In this document: positions 12,721 to 26,376 of the stretch, piece after piece
Layout of the letters: every line of letters starts with the position of its first letter
Position numbering within the stretch: position 1 is the stretch's first letter
Source of the DNA: Octopus vulgaris
Lineage: Eukaryota
Reading direction: 5' to 3'
Length of the DNA: 64,000 nucleotides
Assembly: GCA_951406725.2 (NCBI GenBank)
Contig: OX597831.1
Span: 2,294,001 to 2,358,000, forward strand
Made by a program: the position numbers and the translations under genes
The notes under the pieces: model-generated
Database searches by the model: none
Seen by the model: only the letters and a program-made list of their open reading frames with translations
What the model was told of the DNA's origin: nothing

Positions 12721-14736
12721 ATTCTACAGGGAGAATTTCGAAAACTACCACAGGGACAAACAGTGCAAGAAATCATATAAATCTTTATCTTGGCTCTACG
12801 CAGGATGACATGCCTCAAAACCCCTCTACATTATTAGACTACTGGTAGTTATTACATGCACATTGTACCGAGAAAAGATTAAAAAAAAGATTAGTGTATG
12901 CATACAGACACTCACACAAACACTAACTTCCATTAAGAAAATGTGAAAATGCTAAACACTTTAAAAACATGACAAGCTCAGCTTTAAACCTTTTATCCCA
13001 TAGCATAACAATTATGGGCTGAAGCTCCCATGTAATATAATAAATCAATGTAAAGGACAAAAATTATGCCAGTGGTAGGCAGTTCAGTGTTCCCCATGTA
13101 CCTCTACATATGCTCACCATGTACTTTTAGCAGGTCAGCAGGTGTCAGGTGTCAACACGGAATAAAAGCACATTCCAACAAATCTTTATATCGTTGCCAT
13201 CTTAATGAGGCAGCAATGTTGAGACTAAGTTCAGAAGAGTGTTGTCAAACCCTTGATCATTCAGAGACTGGTGTTGATGTTGGACAGGTTGTAAATGCCT
13301 TCAATGTATATATTTCTGCCTGTTACCAGTTGCAGTCTAATGTCAAGAATACTGGGACTACAGCTGATTGCCCATGATAAAAAAACTTGAGTCACTGCAA
13401 TGAAGCAAGACAGCCATATAGTGAGACAATACGTGCAGGACAGATTTCAGTGACAGATATGATTCTAGAGCCACACCCTCAGCATGTTGTCCTTACAGTC
13501 TGACATCAACTCCATGAGAACAGATAGGCAAGTTGGCATGAAAAGGTATCTTCAGTGAAGTGCAGTTCTAAGTGAAAGACATCAGTAGGATAAAGCATAG
13601 TGGGAACAAACCAGAAAAAAAAAACTGGTATAGGTAGTAGTGGGAACATGTCCTAACCTCAGATGAGAGCATTCTATCTATTGGTAGGACTAACTGTTAT
13701 AATAGAACATTTAGGAGTAAAGTAGTTTAATGATGCCTGTTTAGGAGATATAATGCCCAAAAGGGAAGGCCAAGTGTGCCAATTGTTATGTCTGGGGGCA
13801 GGAATTGATTAAATTGAGAACATTTGTCCTGGTCATGGAACTGGAATAAATGCTAATCACTATATCAACCAACTGATGGGATCCCCTGGTCCACATTTTC
13901 TTTCACTTGGCATCCAGATTTCAGTTGAATTTTCAATAGAATAATACAAAAATGCAGATCACCAAAACTATCCAACAGTTTCAACAGCAGAAAAAAAGCT
14001 GACATGATGTGGGAAGATGCTGGAATCTCCATCGACCCTGACCGACCATAGCTGTACAACTTTGACAGGCTAACAAGGAGGTGTGGCCAATAACACCAGG
14101 GCCAGAATCAATCACCAGATTTTTATCCATGTGCTGAAGATGTTGGACTGTACAGCACAAAATGGTGGTTACACTAATAACTGATTTTTGCCAAATATCC
14201 AGTCAAGTGACAGGAAAAGCTAAAAACAGTTAGTTACTCACTCCTTCATGGCATTCAATGAAATCAATTGTCTGATTGTTGTTGATAGTTTCATGAAATA
14301 AACATACCTGAGATGCAACTCACTATTTTCACTTTTTTTTTTTGCATTTTTACAGATGTCAATTCACACGTGCACGCACACAAACACGCATTTATGCAGT
14401 AAGCATAACTAGTATACGTAGTTATATTAATAAAAGCCACAAGGAATATGAAAACTCCAAAGCAAGAACGAATCTATTTTTAAGGGATTGGTAAATAGCG
14501 AAAATGAATCTGTTTGAAAAATATATTTGGAAACCAATTTAAAAACCGAGTTAGTTATAAAACTGATTAAAAGAGAGAAGAGGAAAATGAAGACTGCAGA
14601 GGAATATTTTTGTAGCAAGTTAGGAACTACTTCAAGCTCATGGTAAAAAAGAAAAGAAAAGAAGACAGAACAGAAACAAGGTTTAAAGCAAAACAGAGAA
14701 GTTCTGAAGATAACTAGCAGAAAAAGAATGTAGCAT

Positions 14737-14775
<39 letters not shown>

Positions 14776-15292
14776 TATACACATATATATATATACACAT
14801 ATATACATATATATACACACATATATACATATATATACACACATATATACATATATATACACACATATATACATATATATACACATATATACATACATAT
14901 ATACATACATATATACATACATATATACATACATATATACATACATATATACATACATATATACATACATATATACATACATATATACATACATACATAC
15001 ATATATATATACATATATATATACATATATACATACATATATATATACATATATACATACATATATACATACATATATATATACATATATACATACATAT
15101 ATACATACATATATACATACATATATACATACATATATATATATACATATATATACATATATATATATATACATATATATATACACATATATACACATAT
15201 ATATATACACATATATACACATATATACACATATATATATACATATACATACATATATATATATACATATACATACATATACACACACACAC
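14737..15292. repeat. Compound (TA)/(TACA) microsatellite
   Basis: Directly visible. Confidence 0.97.
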
Positions 15293-15556
15293 AATTTGTT
15301 AGAAAAAAATTAACTTTGCAATTTGTTTCCAAATAACATCTGAAATTTCTTTTTCCCTTAATATTTTCTTTCTTTTGCAAAGTATTCCAAATTACTGCAT
15401 GCATATCTTTGCAAAGTATCCCAAATTTTTTAGAACATAATTTTTGTGAGTGGTAAGTAAAGTCAGAATAAGAGGCGGCAAACAGCATTCGTTATCGTTA
15501 ATAATTTGTTGGCATTCCTTTTTTTTTTTTTTTTTTTCAAAAAACAATTTCTTCAC

Positions 15557-15778
15557 CTCAGTAGCATCTTTTTTCTCTTCAGCAGCCTCATCACTTGCTT
15601 CAGTCTTTTCTGCCTCCTCTTTTTCTCCCTCAGATTCCTTAGCTTCTGCTACAGAGCCATCCTCTTTGTTGTCTTTTTCTTGTCCTTCGTCCTGTTTCTC
15701 AGACTCACCATCTTTTGTAAAGCCAGTGAGCAAGTCATCATCGACAATTTTTTGTTTCATTTGATCTTGGAATTCCTT
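15557..15778 (-). CDS. Internal coding exon (222 nt, phase 0-0) of an unidentified gene; acidic E/K-rich peptide KEFQDQMKQKIVDDDLLTGFTKDGESEKQDEG...EEKKDATE
   Basis: Minus-strand acceptor tctttattctag|AAGGAA (tandem TAG-AAG) and donor GAG|gtgaag. The 74 codons are open and have protein-like composition, unlike the flanks. Overlaps ORF 15392..15760. Confidence 0.88.
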
Positions 15779-15867
15779 CTAGAATAAAGAAATGATGGGA
15801 GGCTGAATACAAAGGGCAGCATGAAGAGTAATGGGAGTGGAGAAAATTGTTAAACCCAATGATTATG

Positions 15868-15948
15868 TGCATGCATGTGTGTGTATACATGTACACACAC
15901 ATACATATGTATATACACATATACACACACACACATATATACACACAT

Positions 15949-15981
<33 letters not shown>

Positions 15982-16196
15982 CACACATATACACACACAT
16001 ATATATATACACACATATATATATACACACACACATATATACACACACATACACATACATATACACACACATACACACATACATATACACACACACATAT
16101 ACACACACACACATACACACACACACACACACACATACATATACACACACATACATATACACACACACATATATATACACACACACACATATACAT

Positions 16197-16269
<73 letters not shown>

Positions 16270-16783
16270 CATACACACATGCATATATATATATACATGC
16301 ATATACATACACACATGCATATATATATATATACATACATGCATATATATACATATATATATACATATACATACATGCATATATATACATACATGCATAT
16401 ATATACATACACATGCATATATATACATACACATGCATATATATATATACATACATACACATACATACACATGCATATATATATATACATACATACACAT
16501 GCATATATATACATACATACACACATGCATATATATACATACATACACACATGCATATATATACATACATACACATGCATATATATACATACATACACAC
16601 ATGCATATATATACATACATACATACACACATGCATATATATACATACATACACACACGCATACATATACATACATACATACACACACGCATACATATAC
16701 ATACATACATACACACACGCATACATATACATACATACATACACACACACACATACATATACATACATACATACATACACACA

Positions 16784-16822
<39 letters not shown>

Positions 16823-16845
16823 GATATGTGTGTGTGTGTGTGTGT
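15868..16845. repeat. Compound (CA)/(TA) microsatellite with recurrent CATGCA
   Basis: Directly visible. Confidence 0.97.
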
Positions 16846-18354
16846 CAGGTGGTAAAGTTGGTTTTAATGCATTTCTTATAATATATTTATAGTGTCTACT
16901 ATTTTTTAGCTTTTAAACATGGCAATGTCAATTCTAGCTTATGTTCCAAATTATGTTCCACATGTTTTAACAGTTCTTGGAAACTGTATTCCCATTCCTT
17001 TTGGGTATGTTTGCTAACTTATGAAATTTGAGGAAGTCATTCCTTTTAGTTATTACCATCTTTCTGTATTTTATTGATTTATGTGTTTGTAACTTAATTT
17101 TTTTTGCAATTCATATGTTTAATAACTTCTGTTTGCAACATTCAGTTTGTCTTTATGTTTTATAGTTTTTTATGTCAGTAGTTCTTTCGGCAACAAAGTC
17201 CCGTTTTGATTTATCTTCTTTTATTTTCTATGTTTTATTCAATTTCTTCCTTTGATACTAGCAGCTGTGTAACAATTTGTGTTGGAGACTTGGTGTTTTG
17301 CATTTGTTTTCTGCTTTGTAACTATAGGCAGGTGTTGACAATGAACACACTGAGCTTATGTTTGGCCCCTTGCTTCTTGTCTACGATTCCCAAGCAGTGT
17401 TTATATTTTTGATGCTGTTGACATTGCCAGGCTGAATGGAGCTACCTAGGTGTTGAAACAATAATGATATTTGCTAGGCAGATGAAGATGGGATGTATGT
17501 TTGATGTTTTTGTTTAGCTGCATATCTTTTTTTTTTTTCATGTGTTGAACCCTTTGTATTTTGTATTAACATTCTGTCAGAGCTGTCCTCCATTGAGATT
17601 CTAGTTCTAATAATGTCTAGACTTGCTCGATATAGGTTTTAGTTGATGGTGGTTTTGTCACACATACGAGCTAAAACTGGTTATATATTTCTTATTTTAT
17701 TTGTATGCATCAGGCCTACTTTTGAAGGATATAGTAAAAATAAACGTTTTGCAAATTATTCAACCTTACGTAAAATATAACTATAAAAAAATAATTATCA
17801 ATATAAAACATAAAAATGTTTTCTTAGATTTCATAATCGTAGAAATCTAGAGAGAATATAATCGTGTGTGTATGTGAGTGTGTGTGTGTGAGAGAGAGAG
17901 ACTGGTTCTACTATGTCTTCATAACAAGACACTAAATCTCATTCCCATTTATTCAAATTAAAAGGCAAAATGTCAATTATAGATTAAAAAAAAAAATTTT
18001 AAATAAAATAAAAACTTAAAGTATAAACACCAATAAAACAATATTATCGAGAAAAATTATTTACCAAATTGCAGTAAAAAAAAAAAACATAACAAAAATA
18101 TGTAACACTAAAAATAAAAACAACTTTTTCCAGACAGTTTTAATAAATGAAATAAAGTATCACCATGCAAATAAAATAAACAATAACAACATTTTGCAAT
18201 AACAAGTGATGTTGCACATTCAAAAGAGAACCCAAACAATAAAATACCATTTAACAAAAGAACTAACTTGAAAAGCAAAATGGAACTACACAGTATATGA
18301 ACTGACTCTACAATTTGATCAAAGGATTTAATTTTTTATTATTATTTATTCAGT

Positions 18355-18393
<39 letters not shown>

Positions 18394-18573
18394 CTGGTGA
18401 AGGTTATATGAGTGTAATATGATTTGGTTCTTAGTTGTATTTAGTAGAGTTTACTACTATGTTGCATGTATTCAAACTTGACCTCATGCAACCCCAAAGT
18501 TCCCCCTTCCTTGCATATATCTTTTTTTTTTTTTTAGCTACAGATGGTCTGATTGGAAATCAACAACATCAAT

Positions 18574-18576
<3 letters not shown>

Positions 18577-18633
<57 letters not shown>

Positions 18634-18640
18634 AGGGAGG

Positions 18641-18677
<37 letters not shown>
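18577..18677. repeat. (GA)n/(GGGA)n microsatellite
   Basis: Directly visible. Confidence 0.97.
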
Positions 18678-18679
<2 letters not shown>

Positions 18680-18729
18680 GGTACATTGCCTTCTCTTGTA
18701 CCCTAGCTTATTTAAAAATTTCAGAAATA

Positions 18730-18957
18730 TTAACCCTTTAACATTTGAACTAGACATTCTGACCCGAATATTCTACCTGTTCTAAGTTCAAATCAGCCAG
18801 ATATGGCCTCTCATACTTATCCTACAATGTCATTCTAAAAGTAAACAATTACATCATTTGAAATCTGGAAGCTACAAGATAATACATGATTAATTCAAAA
18901 CAATGTGAATAAATGAACATAACATTTGATAAACTAATCTGAATGCCGAAGGGTTAA
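18730..18957. mobile_element. piggyBac-like MITE, family 1 (TTAA TSD, CCCTT termini)
   Basis: ttaa|ccctttaacatt...aatgccgaaggg|ttaa. Inverted copies at 45029-45257 and 53082-53316. Confidence 0.8.
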
Positions 18958-19140
18958 GGCACAAACTTCAGTTGCATTACAGCTAATTATAAACCAACAA
19001 ATATGGGTTATAATCATAATTATGATTTCTATGTTTGGCACAGAAGACCAAAATTTTATCAGTAGGGGTGTGTAGCCAATTGAATTGGCCAGTGTAATCA
19101 ACAGTAATCAAATTGATTAGTATGTCTTTTATTGATATGT

Positions 19141-19443
19141 TTAACCCTTCTGAGACAGTGTGTAGCCAAAAAAGACCCAAGTTTTTTTTCCACTGAAATT
19201 GAAATTGATGGGTGCTTGTAGAAAACAAAGGACAAAGTGCCTAAAACTAATTTATTAGTATATAAAACTATATATATTACATAGTATTATATAGTTTTAG
19301 ATTATATCTACTGAAAGATGATCCCTGACAGGCTACTTCACTTCAAAACGTTTGTTTCATTGGGCTGATGGATCAGTCTCAAAGTCCTTTCACCTTGTAT
19401 CACTTGGACCGATCAATCAGCCCAGGTGTTGCAAGAGGGTTAA
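19141..19443. mobile_element. piggyBac-like MITE, family 2, splitting a Meta-like SINE
   Basis: ttaa|cccttctgagaca...tgttgcaagaggg|ttaa. SINE halves lie at about 19024-19140 and 19444-19560; a second copy is at 19730-19955. Confidence 0.75.
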
Positions 19444-19567
19444 GAATGAAAGGTGAAGTCAATCCACAGCAGGGTTGGAACTCAGAATGTAAAAGAATGT
19501 GACAAAATGATATAAGTTAGGTTGTCTGCCACTCTAACAATTCTGACAGTCCACCACCATTTTAGCT

Positions 19568-20018
19568 TTAGCCCCTTTTGTTACCATATTTCTTTCAACA
19601 TATGCTGCTTTTGTTTCAATAAACTCTGAAGATAATGAAGAATTTATTAAAATATCTTTTTCATTATTAAGCTGGAGTCTGGAAGAAATTCACATAAAAT
19701 TTTGATGGAAGATTATAATTCAGACCACTTTAATACTTTTGAAACCTATGATGTTTTTGGTATGTGTAATCAAAAAGACCAACATTTTTTTCTATTGAGA
19801 TACATTTACTGAAAGACAATCTCTGATTAGCTATTACACCTCAAAACCAAGCAGTCACAAGATTTGTATCATCAGGCTGATGAATTGGCCTCAAAGTCCT
19901 TTCAGCTCGTGTCACTTGGGCTGGTCAATTGGCCTGAGTGTCCCAAGAGGGTTAAAAGAGTAAGTTTATGTCAGAGAACCTGGGGCAGTCTCAGGTAGGT
20001 TGGTATCAAAAGGGTTAA
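19568..20018. mobile_element. piggyBac-like MITE, family 3, with a family-2 copy nested at 19730-19955
   Basis: ccccttttgttacca...tggtatcaaaaggg|ttaa. With the insert removed it resembles the reverse complement of 58581-58797. Confidence 0.7.
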
Positions 20019-21579
20019 AATAATAATAAAGTTGTTATTACTAAGTGTTTGGTCCCTTCACTGCTATAGGATTGAATACATGAAATCTAATAAGACCACT
20101 TATTTGTCGTTTTCATAACAGTGCACCAAGCATGGCCACAATCTACTAAAAAATGAGAAAGTGTGTGTGTGTGTATAAAACAGAATGGGAGGAAAGGAAG
20201 GTATGATAGGGCAAGTTGCAGTGCAACTTGGAGATAATGATTAAAGATGAGGTAGTTTGGTGTTGTTTATCTTTGCTTAGCCCAGGTCAGCCTTGATCAA
20301 GCAGATATAATGAAAGGCTAGTTAAAGGGTTGGTATCTTGGAATCCCAAAACTGTGTGGGTGAGATGGGGGGGGGACAGAAGGAAGTGACCTGCTGAGTG
20401 ACAGGAGTGAGAGCAACTCAGTGTGAGTGACAGGAGGAGGTGAAACATGATGTGGATGACCGACAGCTGTGAGACCGTGTGGGCGTCTTGTTCAGAGATA
20501 TAGAAGAAACTGTAGCCAATGCAGAGGTAGAAGGATGGCTAATGGCTAGAAGTAAAACATAATGGATGTAATTATTATTCCAACAAATAATCAAAACTGC
20601 ATTGTGGTCTCAGAATACTTGGAACTTATCATCTAATCATTACTATTAAAACAGTTTCTATGTGGTCACATAGTATGCTAGAAATAGCAGCTAAATTCTC
20701 ATTAAGCCATACCATCTTAAACATGAAAGGACACAATGGATAGTTAAGTCCTGAGGCCATCATCTGAAAATGATAGTGGATAGTCATGGAGGGAATGGTT
20801 TGATCATAAATCTGCTTGGTTAGAACTCAGTTGAAGCTAAATAACAGCATAATATCAATATTACCATAATAAAATGGTTTGGGTAAATCTGAAATACAGC
20901 ATTTTACCATTTACTTTGAGCCTGCGGCATCATTTCCCTAGATGGAAAGACAATTTTGTATACAGATAATTAAATCAAGCTAGGTAATCCTCAGAGTAAA
21001 AATCAAACAGGATTTGATCTGAGAAAGTTGATATACTGAATTGTATGCTAGAAAAGCAACTAATTTTGTCCTCTTCTCAGCTGTAATTTCATTAAGAGCC
21101 AATCATAACTACACTAAATGACACTTGATTCAGGAACCAAGGTGATCAGAGGCTTAAACATTGCCAAAATATTGCGTCCCAAACCTAATATATGAACTAT
21201 TTGAAGTGAAGAATTTGAATGGTTAAGGTATGAGTTTTCTACTCTAAAGGTTATGAGTTCAAATGTTACTGGAAATGTACTGAATAATTACTCTAAGTGT
21301 ATATATATAACATGCACATGTGTTTATATACTATCCATTCAGTGATCATGTATTTTAAGGAGGTGAAATGTGTGTATATAGCATGCACAGAGCCTGACAT
21401 ATTGTGGGGAGATAAACAGTACATGCTGAGCTTTAAGTATGTGTGTGCTTAACAAACACCAATGTATATAAAATGTATACTAGTAGATTTTTAAAACCCA
21501 TTTGTTGGACATAAAAATATAGGTTGTGAAACAGTATAAACAAAATATTGTAAGGTAAACATGAACATTATATACATAT

Positions 21580-21615
<36 letters not shown>

Positions 21616-24404
21616 CCTTGCACATTATGTACTTAGAGTAAGACACATTCCTCGGCTAACCTTTGTCAAATTAACCTGGGGAAGGGTCTGTACAGGATGC
21701 CTATTTTTACTTTATGGATGAATGGTTAATGCTATGAGAGATATCCAGTAGCTAATAAATAAACAAAAAGCACTTTCAACATCTAATAAAAAGTCTCTGA
21801 ACTTGCAAAGCCATCCAATGTATGTAAAACAGCATGAAAAATATGCAAATACACACTCACATACACACACAGTAAAGTGAACTAAATTATTTTTATACAG
21901 TCAAAAAAAATACAAGATAACCATCACTCCTTATTCATGTGAAAATATGATAAAAAAAACAAAAAGAGTGTTTTAAAATTCTTTATCAGACCACATGGAC
22001 TAATGAACAAAACATTTCTTTAAACCTGATTAATTTTCTAAAATGTACTTTTAAGAAACTTTCCAAAATGTTAATTATAGATTTTGTTATGTTGTTACTA
22101 CTGCAGCTACTACCTCCTAAACCCTGCACCTCAACCACCCAACCTTTGCAACTATATTCACTACACACATTTCATTCATCTCTTATCACATTATTCACAC
22201 TCCAACACAACCATCACAGTTACATACACACATACATTACCATCACAACCACTATTCCAAACAAATCACACTCAATGAACTGAATGTAATTCCTGAAATA
22301 TGAAAGAGCTCAATTTTCAGGTGTGTTAAGTACAGATAATACACCTTGTTATCATCTCCATAAATGTTGATATAACTCTTGCATATTGCAGGGAAGTTTC
22401 TGACAACACGTTCACAGATAACACCAACTTTTAAAAACATCTCTTTCCACCTCACCCTCTATCTCCGTAACCATTGGTTTCTAGTTTCTTTTCTATATAT
22501 TTCTATATATCTTCTTGGTTATATCAAACCTTAAGATAGTAGTAGAACTTAACTGATACTTCTGTTACGTTCTATAGTTGTTCTTAAACAGTATTAAAGA
22601 TAGCTGTCATTTCATGGGTTGTGAGTTCTAATCCACAGTAAAGAATTTCACAGCGTATATGGAGAAACATTTTGTTCTCATTGCTTCAGTTCACTTAATT
22701 AGTGGAAACATGTACCAGAATGTTAGGAAATGAAACTTGCAAGAGATTGGAAATCTGTCTGGAGGAAGATTAGTTTTGCATCCATGAATTCTTTGGAGAA
22801 GAAAAAATTAATATTGGCCACAGGGGCTCCTAAGACTTGTAAAAAGAATGAGCATATTGCTAAAACTTGGTTTCCCATTAAATTTCAGTTGAACAATTTA
22901 ACAAATGCACCAATGAGGGAGCCAGAAGCCTCAACAGTCATCTGGACTTCTAACAAAAACATTGATATTATTAACCTTAAATTTTCAAAGCTACTATCTT
23001 AAAAAGGAACAAATTTACTGTAGAAATCATTTCTGAAACCTGAATATTCTTGAAAAGAAGACAAGATGTCTACTACTAGATCAGCTACAAAACAATAGTA
23101 CAATCAGCACATAGCTGTAACTGTTTTTTTTTTTTTTTCATTACAATACACTAATCTGCTTGAAACCACAAAAAATTCCACAGTAAACCTAGCCATGCTA
23201 TAGTACCAAAAAATGATACAATAAAAGTTTAAAGCCATTATACAACAGATTATATATATATAAATAAAAACAAATTAGTTTATTTGAAACATCAATTTTT
23301 TTTTATACTAATGTACAAAACAAAATAAAAATGTTTGCTAAACATCTGAACAGACTATTTTGAAAATAAAACTGAAACTCATAAAGAAAGTAGTCTCACT
23401 AGAGATATTGTCAGTTAATCATAATAGATAGGAAACTGTGTTCAACTCTGGTTTCTGTAATATTAGATAGATGAGAGTTAAATATCCTGTTGGATATAAT
23501 ACTAGCCCAGAGCGAAAAGTTATCGCTAAAATGTCTGCTCACTGTTAAAGCATGGTGATCATTTTGCAGATATCTTACTAATATACACTTGTAGCAATAT
23601 TTTCTGAGTTTATAAACTACTCAATAGTACAAAGTGTGTGTGTCTGTGTGTTTTCTGTATGCTACTGTGAAGTTCACAAAGATTATTACAAAATACAGGG
23701 AATATATCACTGTGTGCATGTGACCCCCACCATCAGCAATTCCTGGAATTGTCACACAGCTGATAAGTTCCCCAGCAGTTTTTTTTTCTTTTTGTATAGA
23801 TAATATTCTTGTTACATCAGTCTTGTTCAAATAATTTGATTTTGTTATTTTCATCATTTTGTTTCCTTCTCAACAATAGAGAACAATTTTGTGCTTTAAA
23901 GATAAAAATGTTGTTGTTAATAATAATAATATTTTTAGACATTATATACGAATATATGATATTTATACATTACAAAAACTGAAAAATTCCTTGGAATGTA
24001 AAAAAAAAAAAAAAAAACCAAATGATAAGAATGGTATTTTTTAAAATTATTTTCAAATTAAAAAATAAAAAAACAAATACAACAACAATTCGTTATTTTT
24101 TTTTTTTCTCTGAGAAGTTTGTTTGATCAAAGAAAGATGTAAATAATGTATAAAGCAAGCACCATTATCCAGAACAATCCAGAATGTAGAGGAAGGAAAA
24201 AATAAGAGATAAATTGCAACTGTGTTGTACAAACCAGCTTTGAAATTGTGAAGTTGCCAATAAAGAATGCATAGACAGAATCAAATACAAGAATCAGAAG
24301 AGAAATAGAAGAAAGAAAGAAAAACTAGATTAAGAGATGAAAATTTAGAAGAAAGCACATAAAATGAAATATAGGATGCTAAAAAAATAATAACTAGGGA
24401 AATA

Positions 24405-24697
<293 letters not shown>

Positions 24698-24802
24698 CTA
24701 AAATGTATTTGTGAGCTGATTAGATATAAAAAATGAAAAAGCATTTAATGGTTAGGGGGTAGGAGAATGGAGATCATTAAAGTAGAAATAATAATAATAA
24801 TA

Positions 24803-25235
24803 ATCCTTTCTACTAAAGGCGCAAGGCCTGAAATTTGGGTGGAGGGGACTAGTCAATTACATCGACCATAACATCTCACTGGTAATTTATCAACCCCAAA
24901 AGGATGAAAGGCAAAGTGGACCTCAGCAGAATTTGAAATCAGAACGTAAAGACAGTTGAAATGCTGCTAAGCATTTTGCCCGGCATGCTAATGATTCTGC
25001 CAGCTTACTGCCTAATAATGGTTTCAAATTTTGGTACAAGGCCGGCAATTTCAAGGGAGGAGTAAGTCAATTACATTGATCCCGGTACTCTGCTGGTACT
25101 TTATTTTATCGACCCCAAAAAGAGGAAAGGCAATGTTGACCACTGCAGGATTTGAACACAGATCATGAAAAGGTTATAGCTATATATTGCAATGTATTTT
25201 GTCCAACTGCTCATGGCTCTGTCAATCTACTGCCC

Positions 25236-25266
<31 letters not shown>

Positions 25267-25990
25267 CCTTTCAACTGTAAGCACAAAGCATGAAATTGGG
25301 GGGAAGGGATTAAGTTGATTATATTGGCCCCAGTACTCAACTGGTACTTATTAATCGATCCCGAAAAGATGAAAGGCAAAGTTGACCTTGGTAGAGTTTG
25401 AACTCGGAACATAGCGACAGACAAAATATCACTAAGCATTTTGTCTGGCATGCTAATGATTCTGCCAGGTCGCCACCATAATAATGATGCTAATAATAAT
25501 AATAATAATAATAATCCTTTCTACAATAGGCATAAGCCTGAAATTTTTGGGGAAAGGGGTGGGGTTAGTCAGTTACATCAATCCCAGTACTTGACTAGTA
25601 CTTAAAGAGATGACAAGAAAAGTCAACCTCAGCAGCATTTGAACTCAGAATGTAAAAGACAGACGAAATACCATTAATCATTTTGCCTAGTATACTAATA
25701 ATTCTGTCAGCTCACTCCCATAATAATAATAATAATAATAATATTAATAATGATTTCAAATTTTGGCACAAGGCCAGCAAGTTCGGAAGAGGGGGGTAAG
25801 TTGATTATATCAATCCCAGCGATCAACTGGTACTCTTCTTATCAACCCTGAAAGGATGAAAGGCAAAGTCGACATCAATGGAATTTGGACTCAGAAAGTA
25901 AAGACAAAACGAAATACCACTAGGCAAAAGCCCAGCATGCTAACAATCCTGTCAGCTTGCCACTTTAATAATAACAACAGCACAAGGCCA
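24803..25990 (-). mobile_element. Array of 5 head-to-tail Meta-domain-like SINE copies on (AAT)n spacers
   Basis: Copies start at about 24803, 25020, 25266, 25515 and 25752, each about 210 bp and in the same orientation. Confidence 0.9.
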
Positions 25991-26094
25991 GGAAATTTTG
26001 TGACATTGTTAAGATCTCCTCCTATACTTGGCTAGCATAGTATACAGTGTATTGACCTTTTGAAAGATAACTAAAAAACAATTTTGTTCTTTAT

Positions 26095-26376
26095 TTGGCC
26101 GTTGCCAGCCTCGCCTGGCTCCCATGCCGGTGGCACGTAAAAAGCACCATCCGTCCGTGGCCGTTCGCCAGCTCCGTCTGGCACCTGTGCGGGTGGCATG
26201 TAAAAAGCACGCACTACACTCACAGAGTGGTTGGCATTAGGAAGGGCATCCAGCCGTAGAAACACTGCCAGATCAGACTGGGCCTGATGCAGCCTTCTGG
26301 CTTCACAGACCCCAGTTGAACCGTCCAACCCATGCTAGCATGGAAAGCGGACGCTAAATGATGATGATGATGATGA
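26095..26376 (+). mobile_element. RTE LINE 3' UTR fragment with (GAT)n tail
   Basis: gagtggttggcattaggaagggcatccagccgtagaaac...catgctagcatggaaagcggacgctaaatgatgat. Same family at 1385-1540 (+), 2660-2875 (+), 6220-6400 (-), 30982-31180 (-) and 62765-63000 (+). Confidence 0.8.

Noticed and set aside
13070-14170. Possible decayed RTE reverse-transcriptase remnant (similar hints at about 7900-9900 and 16880-17700)
   Set aside because: Only fragmentary motif hints such as QRYKD; too degraded to call without a profile search.
14309-14323. 15-nt AG..GT candidate microexon with good donor (CAG|gtatgt)
   Set aside because: The upstream sequence on the minus strand is A-rich with no pyrimidine tract, and phase 0 begins with a stop.
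15557-15778. Naming the host gene (ankyrin, ASPH, troponin T or neurofilament-like)
   Set aside because: Only low-complexity acidic sequence is visible and there is no diagnostic domain in the window.
14683-16881. Long ORFs of 180-350 aa rich in Y/I/C/V/M/H/T
   Set aside because: They are translations of CA/TA microsatellites, open in many frames on both strands. Only 15557-15778 is a credible exon.
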